NCBI GenBank assembly: GCA_965225735.1 | Contig: CBDDBN010000025.1 | Location: 169,963-201,962 of the forward strand | Source of the DNA: Denitrobaculum sp. | Lineage (GTDB): Bacteria > Pseudomonadota > Alphaproteobacteria > Kiloniellales > Kiloniellaceae | DNA length: 32,000 bases | Direction: 5' to 3' | Shown: piece by piece, positions 1-8,374 of the stretch | Position numbering within the stretch: the first letter of the stretch is position 1 | Layout: each line of letters starts with the position of its first letter | Position numbers and translations under genes: made by a program | The notes under the pieces: model-generated | Databases searched by the model: none | What the model was told of the DNA's origin: nothing | The model's input: only the letters and a program-made list of their open reading frames with translations

Positions 1-605
1 TCGGCCCAACCGCGATCGAGTGCAAAGGTTAGAACAGAGGCGCCGAGACTGCCGCCCAGATGGTGCCGGCGCTCACTCCAGTCGATACAACGGCGGCAGA
101 GAGGCCGTCGCTTCTTCGAAAGGCCCTCGATATCTATCCCGCGCAAGGCGAGCGCGGCCCTGCCCTCTGCGGTCAGATGCACGACCTCATCACGGGTTTG
201 GAGGATTCCGGCGTCATGCCATTGCGCGTAAAGCTGAACTGCCAGATTGCCTCCCAGATGATCGTAACAGGACCGAGCCCGCCTCATCGCTTTATCGCGA
301 GGTCCAGGGCGCGTCCGCATGTGACCGGTCCGCGCCGCCACAGTTACCAGCGCTTCTATGGCATGGGCGACATCGGGATCCGCTAGATGGAAGAAATAGT
401 GACGCCCCTGCTTTTCGCGCCAGACTAGGCCTGCCGCCTCCAGTCGCCCGAGATGCCCGCTCGCCGTAGCCGGTGTCACACCGGCTTCGCGAGCAAGCTC
501 CGTAGCCGTCAGTGCCATGCCAGACATCAGGGCCAGCAACATGTTTGCCCGGGCCGGCTCGCCAAGGCTGGCCGCAACCAGTGCGATGTCCGGTCCTTCT
601 TTCAT
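1..605 (-). CDS. ArsR-family winged-helix transcriptional regulator, partial (runs off the left edge)
   Basis: Own reading of the minus strand from ATG at 605: MKEGPDIALVAASLGEPARANMLLALMSGMALTATELAREAGVTPATASGHLGRLEAAGLVWREKQGRHYFFHLADPDVAHAIEAL..., a typical ArsR HTH (GEPARxxML, ELAxxxGVTPATASxHLxxLExAGLV). Not in the ORF track, probably because it is open at the edge. Confidence 0.85.
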   Translation of the reverse strand, partial: MKEGPDIALVAASLGEPARANMLLALMSGMALTATELAREAGVTPATASGHLGRLEAAGLVWREKQGRHYFFHLADPDVAHAIEALVTVAARTGHMRTRPGPRDKAMRRARSCYDHLGGNLAVQLYAQWHDAGILQTRDEVVHLTAEGRAALALRGIDIEGLSKKRRPLCRRCIDWSERRHHLGGSLGASVLTFALDRGWA

Positions 606-681
606 ATTTTGGTCATCACCAAACTATCCATCTGGCAAACTGTGCTAGCTTGCAGCCATTCGGTCAACCAGGAGCCCTGCA

Positions 682-1323
682 ATGGACGCAATCTCACTTT
701 ATCTGCCAGGCATTTTGCTCGCCTACACGGCTTTTCTGCTCTCAATCATGAGCCCTGGTCCGAACATCCTGGCCATCATGGGTACCTCGATGAGCAGCGG
801 CCGAACCTCCGGGCTGGCACTCGCGCTGGGCGTCTCCAGTGGTTCCGTTTGTTGGGCACTGCTGACGGTGACGGGGCTCTCCGCGCTCCTGGCGGCCTAC
901 GCCTTTGCCTTGACCGTAATCAAGGTCGCTGGCGGCCTCTATCTACTTTGGCTGGCTTACAAGGCCTTTCGATCCGCGGCATCGCGGCACGATATCGAAG
1001 CCAGCACATTGGATGGGAAGACGCTCAGCCCGCGCGGCTACTATCTCCGCGGCCTGACAATCCAGATGACAAACCCCAAGGCCGCTTTGGCCTGGATCGC
1101 GATCATCTCGCTGGGACTCCAGGCCGGCGCGCCGATCTGGGTTGCCGCGGCGATCGTTCTTGGCACCAGCTTCTTCTCAGTCAGCATTCACTGCCTCTAC
1201 GCCGTCGCCTTCTCGACGAAACCTATGGTGCGGATCTACGGACGCGCGCGGCGCTGGATTCAGGGTCTGCTCGGCGCTTTCTTCGCCTTCGCCGGCGTGA
1301 AGCTTTTGGCAACCAGAACCTGA
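682..1323 (+). CDS. LysE/RhtB-family amino-acid exporter
   Basis: 213-aa membrane protein with the LysE N-terminal signature (SPGPNILAIMGTSMSSGRTSGLALALGVSSGSVCWALL) and internal GGLYLLWLAYKAFR. Divergent from the ArsR gene. Confidence 0.9.
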   Translation: MDAISLYLPGILLAYTAFLLSIMSPGPNILAIMGTSMSSGRTSGLALALGVSSGSVCWALLTVTGLSALLAAYAFALTVIKVAGGLYLLWLAYKAFRSAASRHDIEASTLDGKTLSPRGYYLRGLTIQMTNPKAALAWIAIISLGLQAGAPIWVAAAIVLGTSFFSVSIHCLYAVAFSTKPMVRIYGRARRWIQGLLGAFFAFAGVKLLATRT

Positions 1324-1336
1324 CGGCCCGTTTGCT

Positions 1337-1765
1337 TCAGGCGGCAATCCTGCGGCGCAGCTTGCGAAGCAAGGCACCGATCAAGGGGAGTTTCTCGTAG
1401 ATCTGGCCGGCTGCGTCGTAGTGATCGATGTGTGCCGTCACCTTGCCGTCTTCTCCGAAGATAATCACGCTCATGCCCTCTATCGGCCAGACCTTGGACT
1501 TGCCACGCGGCGTGAGCTGAAATGCCCAATTGAGATAGGCCCGGTCGCCAGCGAAAGCATAGTCGAGCACCTTGAAGCTGTGGTCCTCGACATCCGCGAA
1601 CATCTTCTCAAAGACCTTCCGTACGGCCGACACCCCACGGGCATCGTTGAAGGGATCGCGAAAATGGGCATCCGGCGAGAACACCTGCCCGAAGCGCTCC
1701 AGATCGGCCGGCGCCAGATTTTCTAAGAAGGAAATGTAGTCGGCAACCGTACCTTCGGTGACCAT
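1337..1765 (-). CDS. SnoaL-like / NTF2-fold protein
   Basis: 142-aa ORF with NTF2-like pattern (YISFLENLAPADLERFGQVFSPDAHFRDPFNDARG...; EGMSVIIFGEDGKVTAHIDHYDAAGQIYEKLPLIGALLRKL). Confidence 0.75.
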   Translation of the reverse strand: MVTEGTVADYISFLENLAPADLERFGQVFSPDAHFRDPFNDARGVSAVRKVFEKMFADVEDHSFKVLDYAFAGDRAYLNWAFQLTPRGKSKVWPIEGMSVIIFGEDGKVTAHIDHYDAAGQIYEKLPLIGALLRKLRRRIAA

Positions 1766-1874
1766 TTGGCCGGATCTCCAATTATCTCGGTGTCTAGCTA
1801 TCGGACATCATACGCGCCGCAAAGCCAAGCAGATCTGCTCTCGCAAGAGATGCACTGGCGACGCTGCTGCTTGC

Positions 1875-3287
1875 TTAGAGGCCCAAGACAGCCTTCAACA
1901 GCAGACCCGCCAAAGAGCAAACTCCAAGAGTCTTGAGAACACCCAGTTTGAAACGGAAAAGCGCGACTGACGCGACCAGAACGATCCCCAGCGCAGGAAG
2001 ATCGAGGCTCGTGAGGAGGGGTAGATCGACGGATAGCCCCTGCCAGATAAGCGGCCGCACCTCAGAGAAAACCACCTGCAGGCCAAACCAAAGCGCGAGA
2101 TTTGCGATCACCCCAACGACCGCGGCCGTGATCGCCGCCAGCGCACCCGCAAGAGCCCGCTTTTCCTGCAGGCGCTCGATTGCCGGCGCCCCCAGAAAAA
2201 CGAAAGCGAAGCACGGTGCGAAGGTCACCCACAGTGTTAAGAGAGCCGCCGCCAGACCGCCTACCAGGCCAGAAAGACCGGCATTCGCCCCATGGCCTGC
2301 CAGGAAGCCAACGAACTGCAGCACCAGGATCAAGGGTCCGGGTGTCGTCTCTGCGAGCCCCAGGCCGGTGAGCATTTCGGTGGCGGACAACCAGCCATAA
2401 CCCTCAACCGCTTCCTGCGCGACGTAGGTCAGAACCGCATAGGCACCGCCGAAGGTGACGACCGCCATCTTGGAAAAGAACCAGGTCACATCCGCGTAGA
2501 CACCGGAATAGGGCAATAAAGCCACAAGTGGCGCCGCCCAGACGGCGAGGGCCAGGAAACCAGCCCGCCGTGCGCTACGCGCGAGCCTGCCCGCATAGCC
2601 AGGGTCGGCCTCCATGACGGAATCAAGCAGAGCTGGCGGTCCCGCCTTCGCCGATCCGTGCGCCCCGCCTGCAAACCATCCGGGCCCCAAAGCGCCGATC
2701 AAAGCAGCGCCAAGGACCACAACCGGAAAAGGCACCGAAAAGAGAAACAAAGCGATGAAGGCAGCGGCAGCAAGAGCCCAGGGAACCGCGCCTTTCAAAG
2801 CCCGCCCAGCCACCTTGAGCAAGGCTTCGAAGACGATGACCAGCACCGCGGCTTTCAGACCGAAAAACAAGGCAGCCACCACGGGCACATCGCCGGCGAT
2901 CACAAAGATCGCCGACAACGCAAACATCACCAGGGCGCCGGGAAGAATGAACAGTAAACCCGCGATAAGGCCACCCTTCGCCCCATGCAGCAACCAGCCC
3001 AGATAGGTCGCCAGTTGCTGCGCCTCAGGTCCAGGCAGCAACGAGCAGAAATTCAGCGCATGCAAAAACCGCCTGTCGCTGATCCAATTCCGGTCATCGA
3101 CGACCTCCCGGTGCATCAAAGCGATCTGGCCAGCGGGCCCGCCGAAGGACAGACAACCGATCCGCAGCCAGACCTTTGTCGCTTCGGTCAGGCTCGGCAA
3201 TTTGGCCTGCGAGCCATGATCAGAAGCCGGACCGCTGTCGGAAGTTGAAGACGAGGACATAGCGTTCGAACTCTGGTCCATTGTCAT
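1875..3287 (-). CDS. chrA: Chromate transporter ChrA (CHR family, two-domain long form)
   Basis: 470 aa with LRIGCLSFGGPAGQIALMHREVVDDRNWI...FLHALNFCSLLPGPEAQQLATYLGW and a second half-repeat starting at VVTFGGAYAVLTYVAQEAVEGYGWL. Overlaps the upstream ChrB-domain gene by 4 nt. Confidence 0.93.
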   Translation of the reverse strand: MTMDQSSNAMSSSSTSDSGPASDHGSQAKLPSLTEATKVWLRIGCLSFGGPAGQIALMHREVVDDRNWISDRRFLHALNFCSLLPGPEAQQLATYLGWLLHGAKGGLIAGLLFILPGALVMFALSAIFVIAGDVPVVAALFFGLKAAVLVIVFEALLKVAGRALKGAVPWALAAAAFIALFLFSVPFPVVVLGAALIGALGPGWFAGGAHGSAKAGPPALLDSVMEADPGYAGRLARSARRAGFLALAVWAAPLVALLPYSGVYADVTWFFSKMAVVTFGGAYAVLTYVAQEAVEGYGWLSATEMLTGLGLAETTPGPLILVLQFVGFLAGHGANAGLSGLVGGLAAALLTLWVTFAPCFAFVFLGAPAIERLQEKRALAGALAAITAAVVGVIANLALWFGLQVVFSEVRPLIWQGLSVDLPLLTSLDLPALGIVLVASVALFRFKLGVLKTLGVCSLAGLLLKAVLGL

Positions 3288-4105
3288 GCCGCCACCGTCT
3301 CTGCTGACGGCCAGTCCCGAGTTTCCGGCCTGACGTCCCTGCGCCAGCGATAGAGGGCGTCATAAATTGCGAATGAGGCTGAAAGCTGCGCCAGATCGTC
3401 CGGATATATACGGGACAACCCGCGCACTGCGGCGAGGAGGCCAGCGGCTTCTGGTGCCTGCTCAAACTGCGCGCTCTCCGCGCCTCGAACGATTGTTGCC
3501 AACTGGGCGAGCGGATCGGACGTCAATCCAAGTTCGGCCAGCATGCTATCGAAGGCACATTGCTCATCACCGGCGCTCCCGAAGCCACCCTCGACAACGA
3601 ACGGAGCCGCGCCGAACTTTTCCGCAACACCCATCACTTCTTCCGGCGTGGCGAAGAGGATGACCGCGTCAGATTCGATAAAACGCCGGATCAGCCACGA
3701 AGAGGCGGTGCCGTCGACACCTGGACGCGCGCGTGTCACCCACAGCGTCCGTGCCTCGCCATCCCGTGGAGGCAATTTCGTGGGATCAACGGCCGGCATG
3801 CCGGCATCGGCCCAGCCTTCGAACCCCAGCGCCAGAGGCGCTGCTTCGATTCCTTCATGACGCAACAAAGCCGCGACACCCTGGCTGAGTTTCTTACCGC
3901 GATGACAGACGACAACGACCTTTCGACCGCGATAACACTCGCGCCAATCCTCGATATCCTTGTGACTGCGGCGGCGGGATGCGGGGATCAAACGCGGATC
4001 CAGCGCGAAGTCCTCATCGATGCGCACATCGATGATCGCGGGTGCGTCGGGCAAGCCGATCAGGCGGGAAAGTTGGTCGACGGAGATTTCAGATGGAGAC
4101 GTCAT
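3284..4105 (-). CDS. chrB: Rhodanese domain fused to ChrB C-terminal chromate-resistance domain
   Basis: N-terminus IIDVRIDEDF...VVVVCHRGKKLSQGVAALLRHEGIEAAPLALGFEGW is rhodanese-like. C-terminus WVTRARPGVDGTASSWLIRRFIESDAVILFATPEEV...FDSMLAELGL...YDALYRWRRD matches the ChrB C-terminal pattern. Confidence 0.85.
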   Translation of the reverse strand: MTSPSEISVDQLSRLIGLPDAPAIIDVRIDEDFALDPRLIPASRRRSHKDIEDWRECYRGRKVVVVCHRGKKLSQGVAALLRHEGIEAAPLALGFEGWADAGMPAVDPTKLPPRDGEARTLWVTRARPGVDGTASSWLIRRFIESDAVILFATPEEVMGVAEKFGAAPFVVEGGFGSAGDEQCAFDSMLAELGLTSDPLAQLATIVRGAESAQFEQAPEAAGLLAAVRGLSRIYPDDLAQLSASFAIYDALYRWRRDVRPETRDWPSAETVAA

Positions 4106-4171
4106 AGCACGCCCTCCCTTTCGTTAAAGGCCAAGGACGCGATACTTGGGCTGACGCCTCACGGGGTGATC

Positions 4172-4196
4172 GCTAACCCCATGCTTATGGGGTAGC
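4172..4196 (-). promoter_or_regulatory. Hairpin in the chrBA 5' leader region, no T-tract
   Basis: GCTA-A-CCCCAT-gctt-ATGGGG-TAGC: 10-bp stem with a single bulge and 4-nt loop, about 70 nt upstream of the chrB ATG. Structure seen directly, function unknown. Confidence 0.4.
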
Positions 4197-4447
4197 AACG
4201 GATCTGAAGGCTGTCAACCTGGAACGAATTTCGTCTCAGAACTTTCACATTTCGTTCAACAACGGCCCGGGAACTGCGCTGAAATGGCTGATTTCCGTAG
4301 TTTTGGATAGTCTGTGGGTTGAATAAGTTCGAGACGACGCGGAATGAAACGGTTATCGTCTCTGCGCATTTGAAACCCAGTTCCGCACGGTCCTGAAGGA
4401 ACAGGGCCGCAAGCAAACCTGTTGAGTATCAGCTTACCGGAAGTCTT

Positions 4448-5632
4448 ATGTCGCATCGGCGTTTCCTGTTCCCTGTCCTTGCAACCTGCCTGCTCGCTTC
4501 CCTCTTCAACACCCCTGCCCTCGCGCAGAACATCGACTACGAGCGGCTAGACCGCCGCCTGACCGCCTTGGCACAGGATGCGGGCATCGTCGGTCTTGCC
4601 GTGGCGGTCATTGAAGCGGGTGAGATCAGCTTCGAGCGCGGCTACGGTGTGACCAGGCTGGACGGCGACCCGGTGACACCGGATACGGTCTTCCGCTGGG
4701 CATCGCTCTCCAAAGGCGTCGCCTCAACGCTCGCCGCCAAGCTCGCATCGCAGGGTTCGATGGCGCTCACCGACAGCATTGGCAGCTTCGAGACTTCACT
4801 CCGGCTGCCCGGCGGCGCCGAGCAACGGGGCACGATCGAGAACCTTCTCTCTCACATGGTCGGCATCGTCCCAAACGCCTACGACACTACGCTGGAAGAC
4901 GGTCAGGACCCCAAGGAAATCCGGCGCAGCCTGGCGAAGCTCGATGCGGTCTGCCCGGTCGGCGACTGCTACAGCTATCAGAACGTCGCCTTCGATGCGG
5001 TTTCCGAAGTCGTCGAGGACGTGACACAGAAAAGCTATGCCGAAGCGCTCGCAAGCGAGCTCTTTGAGCCGCTGGGGATGAAGACCGCGAGCGTCCGCCG
5101 CGAAGATCTTCAGGGCGCAACTTCCTGGGCGGAACCTCACCGCTACTACCGTGGCAACGCGAAGGCCATGCGCCGCAAGGTCAAGAATGCCTATTACCGG
5201 GTTCCGGCCGCCGGCGGCGTCAACGGCTCGATCCGCGATCTCGCGCGCTTCGCCCGCGCGCAGATGGGGCTCGCGCCCGAGGTCATTCCGCAGGAAGTCC
5301 TCGACAACCTGCACACCCCGCGAGTTTACACCCGCAGCGAACAGCGGCGCATGAGCAGCCAGTATGGCGGGCATCTGCGCGATGCGCGCTACGCCTTGGG
5401 TTGGCGGGTTTACAAGTACGGTAAGGCCGGCACGCGCGTCGTCGGACATCGGGGCGCGGTGGACGGATATCGCGCAATGATTCTCTTCGACCCGGCCCTC
5501 GACACCGGTGTGGTCGCGCTCTGGAACTCCAACTCCCGCCGCCCCTCAGCAATCCAATTGGAGGTCATGGACATGGCCTACGGCCTGCCCGCCCGGGATT
5601 GGCTCAAGCTCGACAAGAAGGCGGCGCAGTAG
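4448..5632 (+). CDS. Periplasmic serine hydrolase (beta-lactamase / penicillin-binding-like, class C fold)
   Basis: 394 aa with signal peptide (MSHRRFLFPVLATCLLASLFNTPALAQ), SxxK motif (SLSK), YxN-like motif (YQN) and HRGAVDGYRAMILFDP near the C-terminus. Confidence 0.88.
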   Translation: MSHRRFLFPVLATCLLASLFNTPALAQNIDYERLDRRLTALAQDAGIVGLAVAVIEAGEISFERGYGVTRLDGDPVTPDTVFRWASLSKGVASTLAAKLASQGSMALTDSIGSFETSLRLPGGAEQRGTIENLLSHMVGIVPNAYDTTLEDGQDPKEIRRSLAKLDAVCPVGDCYSYQNVAFDAVSEVVEDVTQKSYAEALASELFEPLGMKTASVRREDLQGATSWAEPHRYYRGNAKAMRRKVKNAYYRVPAAGGVNGSIRDLARFARAQMGLAPEVIPQEVLDNLHTPRVYTRSEQRRMSSQYGGHLRDARYALGWRVYKYGKAGTRVVGHRGAVDGYRAMILFDPALDTGVVALWNSNSRRPSAIQLEVMDMAYGLPARDWLKLDKKAAQ

Positions 5633-5652
5633 CGGCCAGAGGGGTCGGCTGC

Positions 5653-5820
5653 TTATTCTTTTTCTTTCCTGAAAAAGGGAATGAGAAACACGAGACAGGC
5701 GAGCAAGAAGAAGCCGCTGCCCAGCATCGCCCAGAAATCGCCGATACTGGCGATGAGAAAGCCGATGGCTGAGACAATAAAGAGAAGCCAGCCAAGGAAG
5801 TTGATCTGACGATTGGTCAT
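5653..5820 (-). CDS. Small hydrophobic membrane protein, 55 aa
   Basis: Own reading of the minus strand: MTNRQINFLGWLLFIVSAIGFLIASIGDFWAMLGSGFFLLACLVFLIPFFRKEKE*. Two hydrophobic segments and a basic/charged tail. Too short for the supplied track. Confidence 0.5.
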   Translation of the reverse strand: MTNRQINFLGWLLFIVSAIGFLIASIGDFWAMLGSGFFLLACLVFLIPFFRKEKE

Positions 5821-5894
5821 CCTGCTCCCTCCCCCCGGAGAACGAGAACGGATTGCGGTTCAGATCGTCACAGTGACCTATACCGCCCGGTCTC

Positions 5895-6590
5895 TCAAGC
5901 GAGAGCAGCCTGCCCTTGCAGCGGAACGGCACCGATGCTGCCCAACCGGCTCAGGCTCTCGCAAAAGCTCACAGCTGCGGCGACACCATCGATCACGGGC
6001 ACACCGAGATCCGCTGACATTTCCGCCGCCAGGCGCGCCATTCCCGCACATCCCAGCACGATCACATCGCAGTCGTCTTCCTCCAGCGCCCGCAAGGCTT
6101 CCGCGCGAATTTTGCCTTCGGTCTCGATATCCTGGGTCTCCAGCACCGGCACGGCCGAAGCCCGCACGGCGGCGCAGCGATTGCGAAAACCATATCGCTG
6201 GATGTTTGCCTCGATCACCGGCACGGAAACCGCGAGCGTTGTGACCACCGAGAAACGGCCGCCGAGCATTAGTCCGGCATGAAAGGCGGCTTCGCCAATA
6301 CCAAGAACCGGAACCGGCGAGCGGGCCTTCAGTTCTTCCAAACCGGTATCGTCGAAACAGGCAATGACAACGGCGTCATAGGCGCTGTTACCCGACAGCT
6401 GTTGGTCGAACAGCGCAAACAGTCCCGGGAGCGCCGCCTCCCCATCTGCCGCGCCTTGGATGGCCGCCGGCCCCTCAGATGGATTCATCGCTGTTATCGC
6501 AGTCCCCGGCAGCGCAACTTTGCACGCCGCCTGTTCGATGGCGGATGTCATCTCCGCGGTCGTGTTGGGATTGATGATCAACAGATGCAT
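5895..6590 (-). CDS. Aspartate/glutamate racemase-superfamily protein (hydantoin racemase-like)
   Basis: 231 aa: MHLLIINPNTTAEMTSAIEQAA...YDAVVIACFDDTGLEELKARSPVPVLGIGEAAFHAG...DVIVLGCAGMARLAAEMSADLGVPVIDGVAAAV, with the two Cys-containing motifs (ACFDD, GCAGM) of this superfamily. Confidence 0.88.
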   Translation of the reverse strand: MHLLIINPNTTAEMTSAIEQAACKVALPGTAITAMNPSEGPAAIQGAADGEAALPGLFALFDQQLSGNSAYDAVVIACFDDTGLEELKARSPVPVLGIGEAAFHAGLMLGGRFSVVTTLAVSVPVIEANIQRYGFRNRCAAVRASAVPVLETQDIETEGKIRAEALRALEEDDCDVIVLGCAGMARLAAEMSADLGVPVIDGVAAAVSFCESLSRLGSIGAVPLQGQAALA

Positions 6591-6595
6591 AGCGA

Positions 6596-7429
6596 TCAGG
6601 CTTCCTCGACCGGACGCACATCGCCCTGCTTGCGGCGCAGCAGTCGGACGATCAGCAAGAAGCCGACGATGATCACGATGGAAAAGCCCGTCGTCAGCGT
6701 ACCCAGCGCATAGAGAACCGGAGAGGTCACGTTGGTTGTCATGCCCACGATCTCGAGGGGCAAAGTGTTATTCGAACCTGATGTGAGAAGCGTTCGTGCG
6801 AATTCATCGTAAGAGAGGGTGAATCCGAAGAGGCCGACGCCGATCAGGCTGGGCGCGATGATCGGCAGCACCACATGCCGGATGGTCTGCCACGACGTTG
6901 CCCCGAGATCTCGCGCCGCCTCCTCATAGGAGTTATCGAAGCGGTTAAAGACCGCGAACATGATCAGCATGCCGAACGGCAGTGTCCAGGTGAGCTGCGC
7001 CCCGAAGCCGGAGGTCGACCAGTGCACATCCCAATCGAGGATGTTGAAGATCAGACCGACACCGAGCGAAACCAGGATCGAGGGGATAATCAGGCTGGCG
7101 ATGATCAGATAGAAGACGACTGTGGAGCCTCGGAACCTTCGCCGGAAAGCGAGACCGCCCATCACCGAGACGACCACCGTGACCACCATGACCATCAGGC
7201 CGAGCGCGAAGGAGCGCCGGAACGAGCCCCAGATATCGCCGACCGCCTGGGTCTCGAAGAGATCCCTGAACCAATGCAGCGATACACCGTTCATGGGGAA
7301 CGTCAGGCCACCGTTCGGCCCCTGGAAAGACAGCAATCCGATGGTCAGAACAGGGCCGTAGAGAAACAGCACAAAGAGGCAGAAGAAGGCGGCCAGGAAG
7401 TAGAAAGAGCGCGGACGGCTATCCATCAT
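6596..7429 (-). CDS. ABC transporter permease (PotC-like, spermidine/putrescine type)
   Basis: Likely start MMDSRPRSFYFLAAFFCLFVLFLYGPVLTIGLLSF (the track start is further upstream). Contains EAARDLGATSWQTIRHVVLPIIAPSLIGVGLFGFTLSYDEFART. Confidence 0.88.
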   Translation of the reverse strand: MMDSRPRSFYFLAAFFCLFVLFLYGPVLTIGLLSFQGPNGGLTFPMNGVSLHWFRDLFETQAVGDIWGSFRRSFALGLMVMVVTVVVSVMGGLAFRRRFRGSTVVFYLIIASLIIPSILVSLGVGLIFNILDWDVHWSTSGFGAQLTWTLPFGMLIMFAVFNRFDNSYEEAARDLGATSWQTIRHVVLPIIAPSLIGVGLFGFTLSYDEFARTLLTSGSNNTLPLEIVGMTTNVTSPVLYALGTLTTGFSIVIIVGFLLIVRLLRRKQGDVRPVEEA

Positions 7430-7434
7430 CCATC

Positions 7435-8361
7435 TCAGAGCTCCTTCCTGATATCGACAAAGCGCATCATGATCCCGATCATGAGCAAAACGGTGATGAG
7501 AAGCACCACGGCGCTCGCCGCCGCTGCCGGATACTGCAGCAACGCGATTTCGTTGGAGATGACCCGCCCGACAGAGGCGCTCTGGCCGCCGGACATGAAG
7601 CGGACAGTCACGAAGTCTCCCATGACCAGCGTAACCACGAAGATCGAACCGATCATGATGCCCGGCTTGGCCAGTGGGATGATGACGTTGGTCAGGATCT
7701 GGAACCCGCTGGCGCCGGCGTCGCGCGCTGCCTCGATGAGAGAACGGTCGATGCGCATCATGGTGTTGAAGACGGGTACGACCATGAAGAGCGCATAGAG
7801 ATGCACAAAGGCCAACACCACGGCGAAATCTGAAAACAGCAGCCACTCCAGCGGCGCGTCGATGATCCCCACCTCCATCAGCGCAGAATTGGCGATCCCG
7901 TTGCGCCCCAAAAAGGGGATCCAGGAAATCATGCGGATGACGTTCGAGGTCCAGAAAGGCACGGTGCAGACCAGAAAAAGCGCGATCTGGACCGGCAGGG
8001 ATCTGATGTGAAAAGCAAGAAAGTACGCAACGGTAAAGCCGATAAGCGTACAGAAAATCCAGGTCAGAATGACGAACTTGAAGGTCTTCAGATAGGTCGC
8101 CAGCGTGACCTTGGAGGTTAAGAGATAGCTATAGTTATCCAGGATAAAGGCCGGGAAGAAATTGTATTCGTTGTAATCCCAGAAACTCACCGCGACGATG
8201 GTGAGGATCGGCAATACGAGAAAGAACCCGAGGATCAGGATCGTCGGGCTGATCAGCATCCAGCTTCGGTCCGTCCGTTGCGCGGAGGACCTCAGAGATT
8301 GCTGCAGGTCGGTTCCCGGCACCTCCGCGGCGCCGGGAACATCTTTGGACAAAAGGCTCAT
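7435..8361 (-). CDS. ABC transporter permease (PotB-like)
   Basis: 308 aa with the EAA loop IEAARDAGASGFQILTNVIIPLAKPGIMIGSIFVVTLVMGDFVT. Confidence 0.88.
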   Translation of the reverse strand: MSLLSKDVPGAAEVPGTDLQQSLRSSAQRTDRSWMLISPTILILGFFLVLPILTIVAVSFWDYNEYNFFPAFILDNYSYLLTSKVTLATYLKTFKFVILTWIFCTLIGFTVAYFLAFHIRSLPVQIALFLVCTVPFWTSNVIRMISWIPFLGRNGIANSALMEVGIIDAPLEWLLFSDFAVVLAFVHLYALFMVVPVFNTMMRIDRSLIEAARDAGASGFQILTNVIIPLAKPGIMIGSIFVVTLVMGDFVTVRFMSGGQSASVGRVISNEIALLQYPAAAASAVVLLITVLLMIGIMMRFVDIRKEL

Positions 8362-8374
8362 CTAAGCGATCGAC

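Noticed and set aside
20-469. 149-aa plus-strand ORF at the left edge
   Set aside because: Antisense to the ArsR-family gene, biased Arg/Pro/Ala composition, no motif.
453-1400. 315-aa plus-strand ORF overlapping the LysE-type gene
   Set aside because: Overlaps a clear LysE coding region in another frame, with no recognisable motifs. Spurious ORF typical of GC-rich DNA.
5640-5700. Intrinsic terminator after the serine hydrolase
   Set aside because: There is a T-rich run but no convincing GC-rich stem directly before it, so I did not call one.
6875-7798. 307-aa plus-strand ORF rich in Asp/Gln/Glu/His
   Set aside because: Antisense to both permease genes. Composition is explained by the complement of hydrophobic codons.
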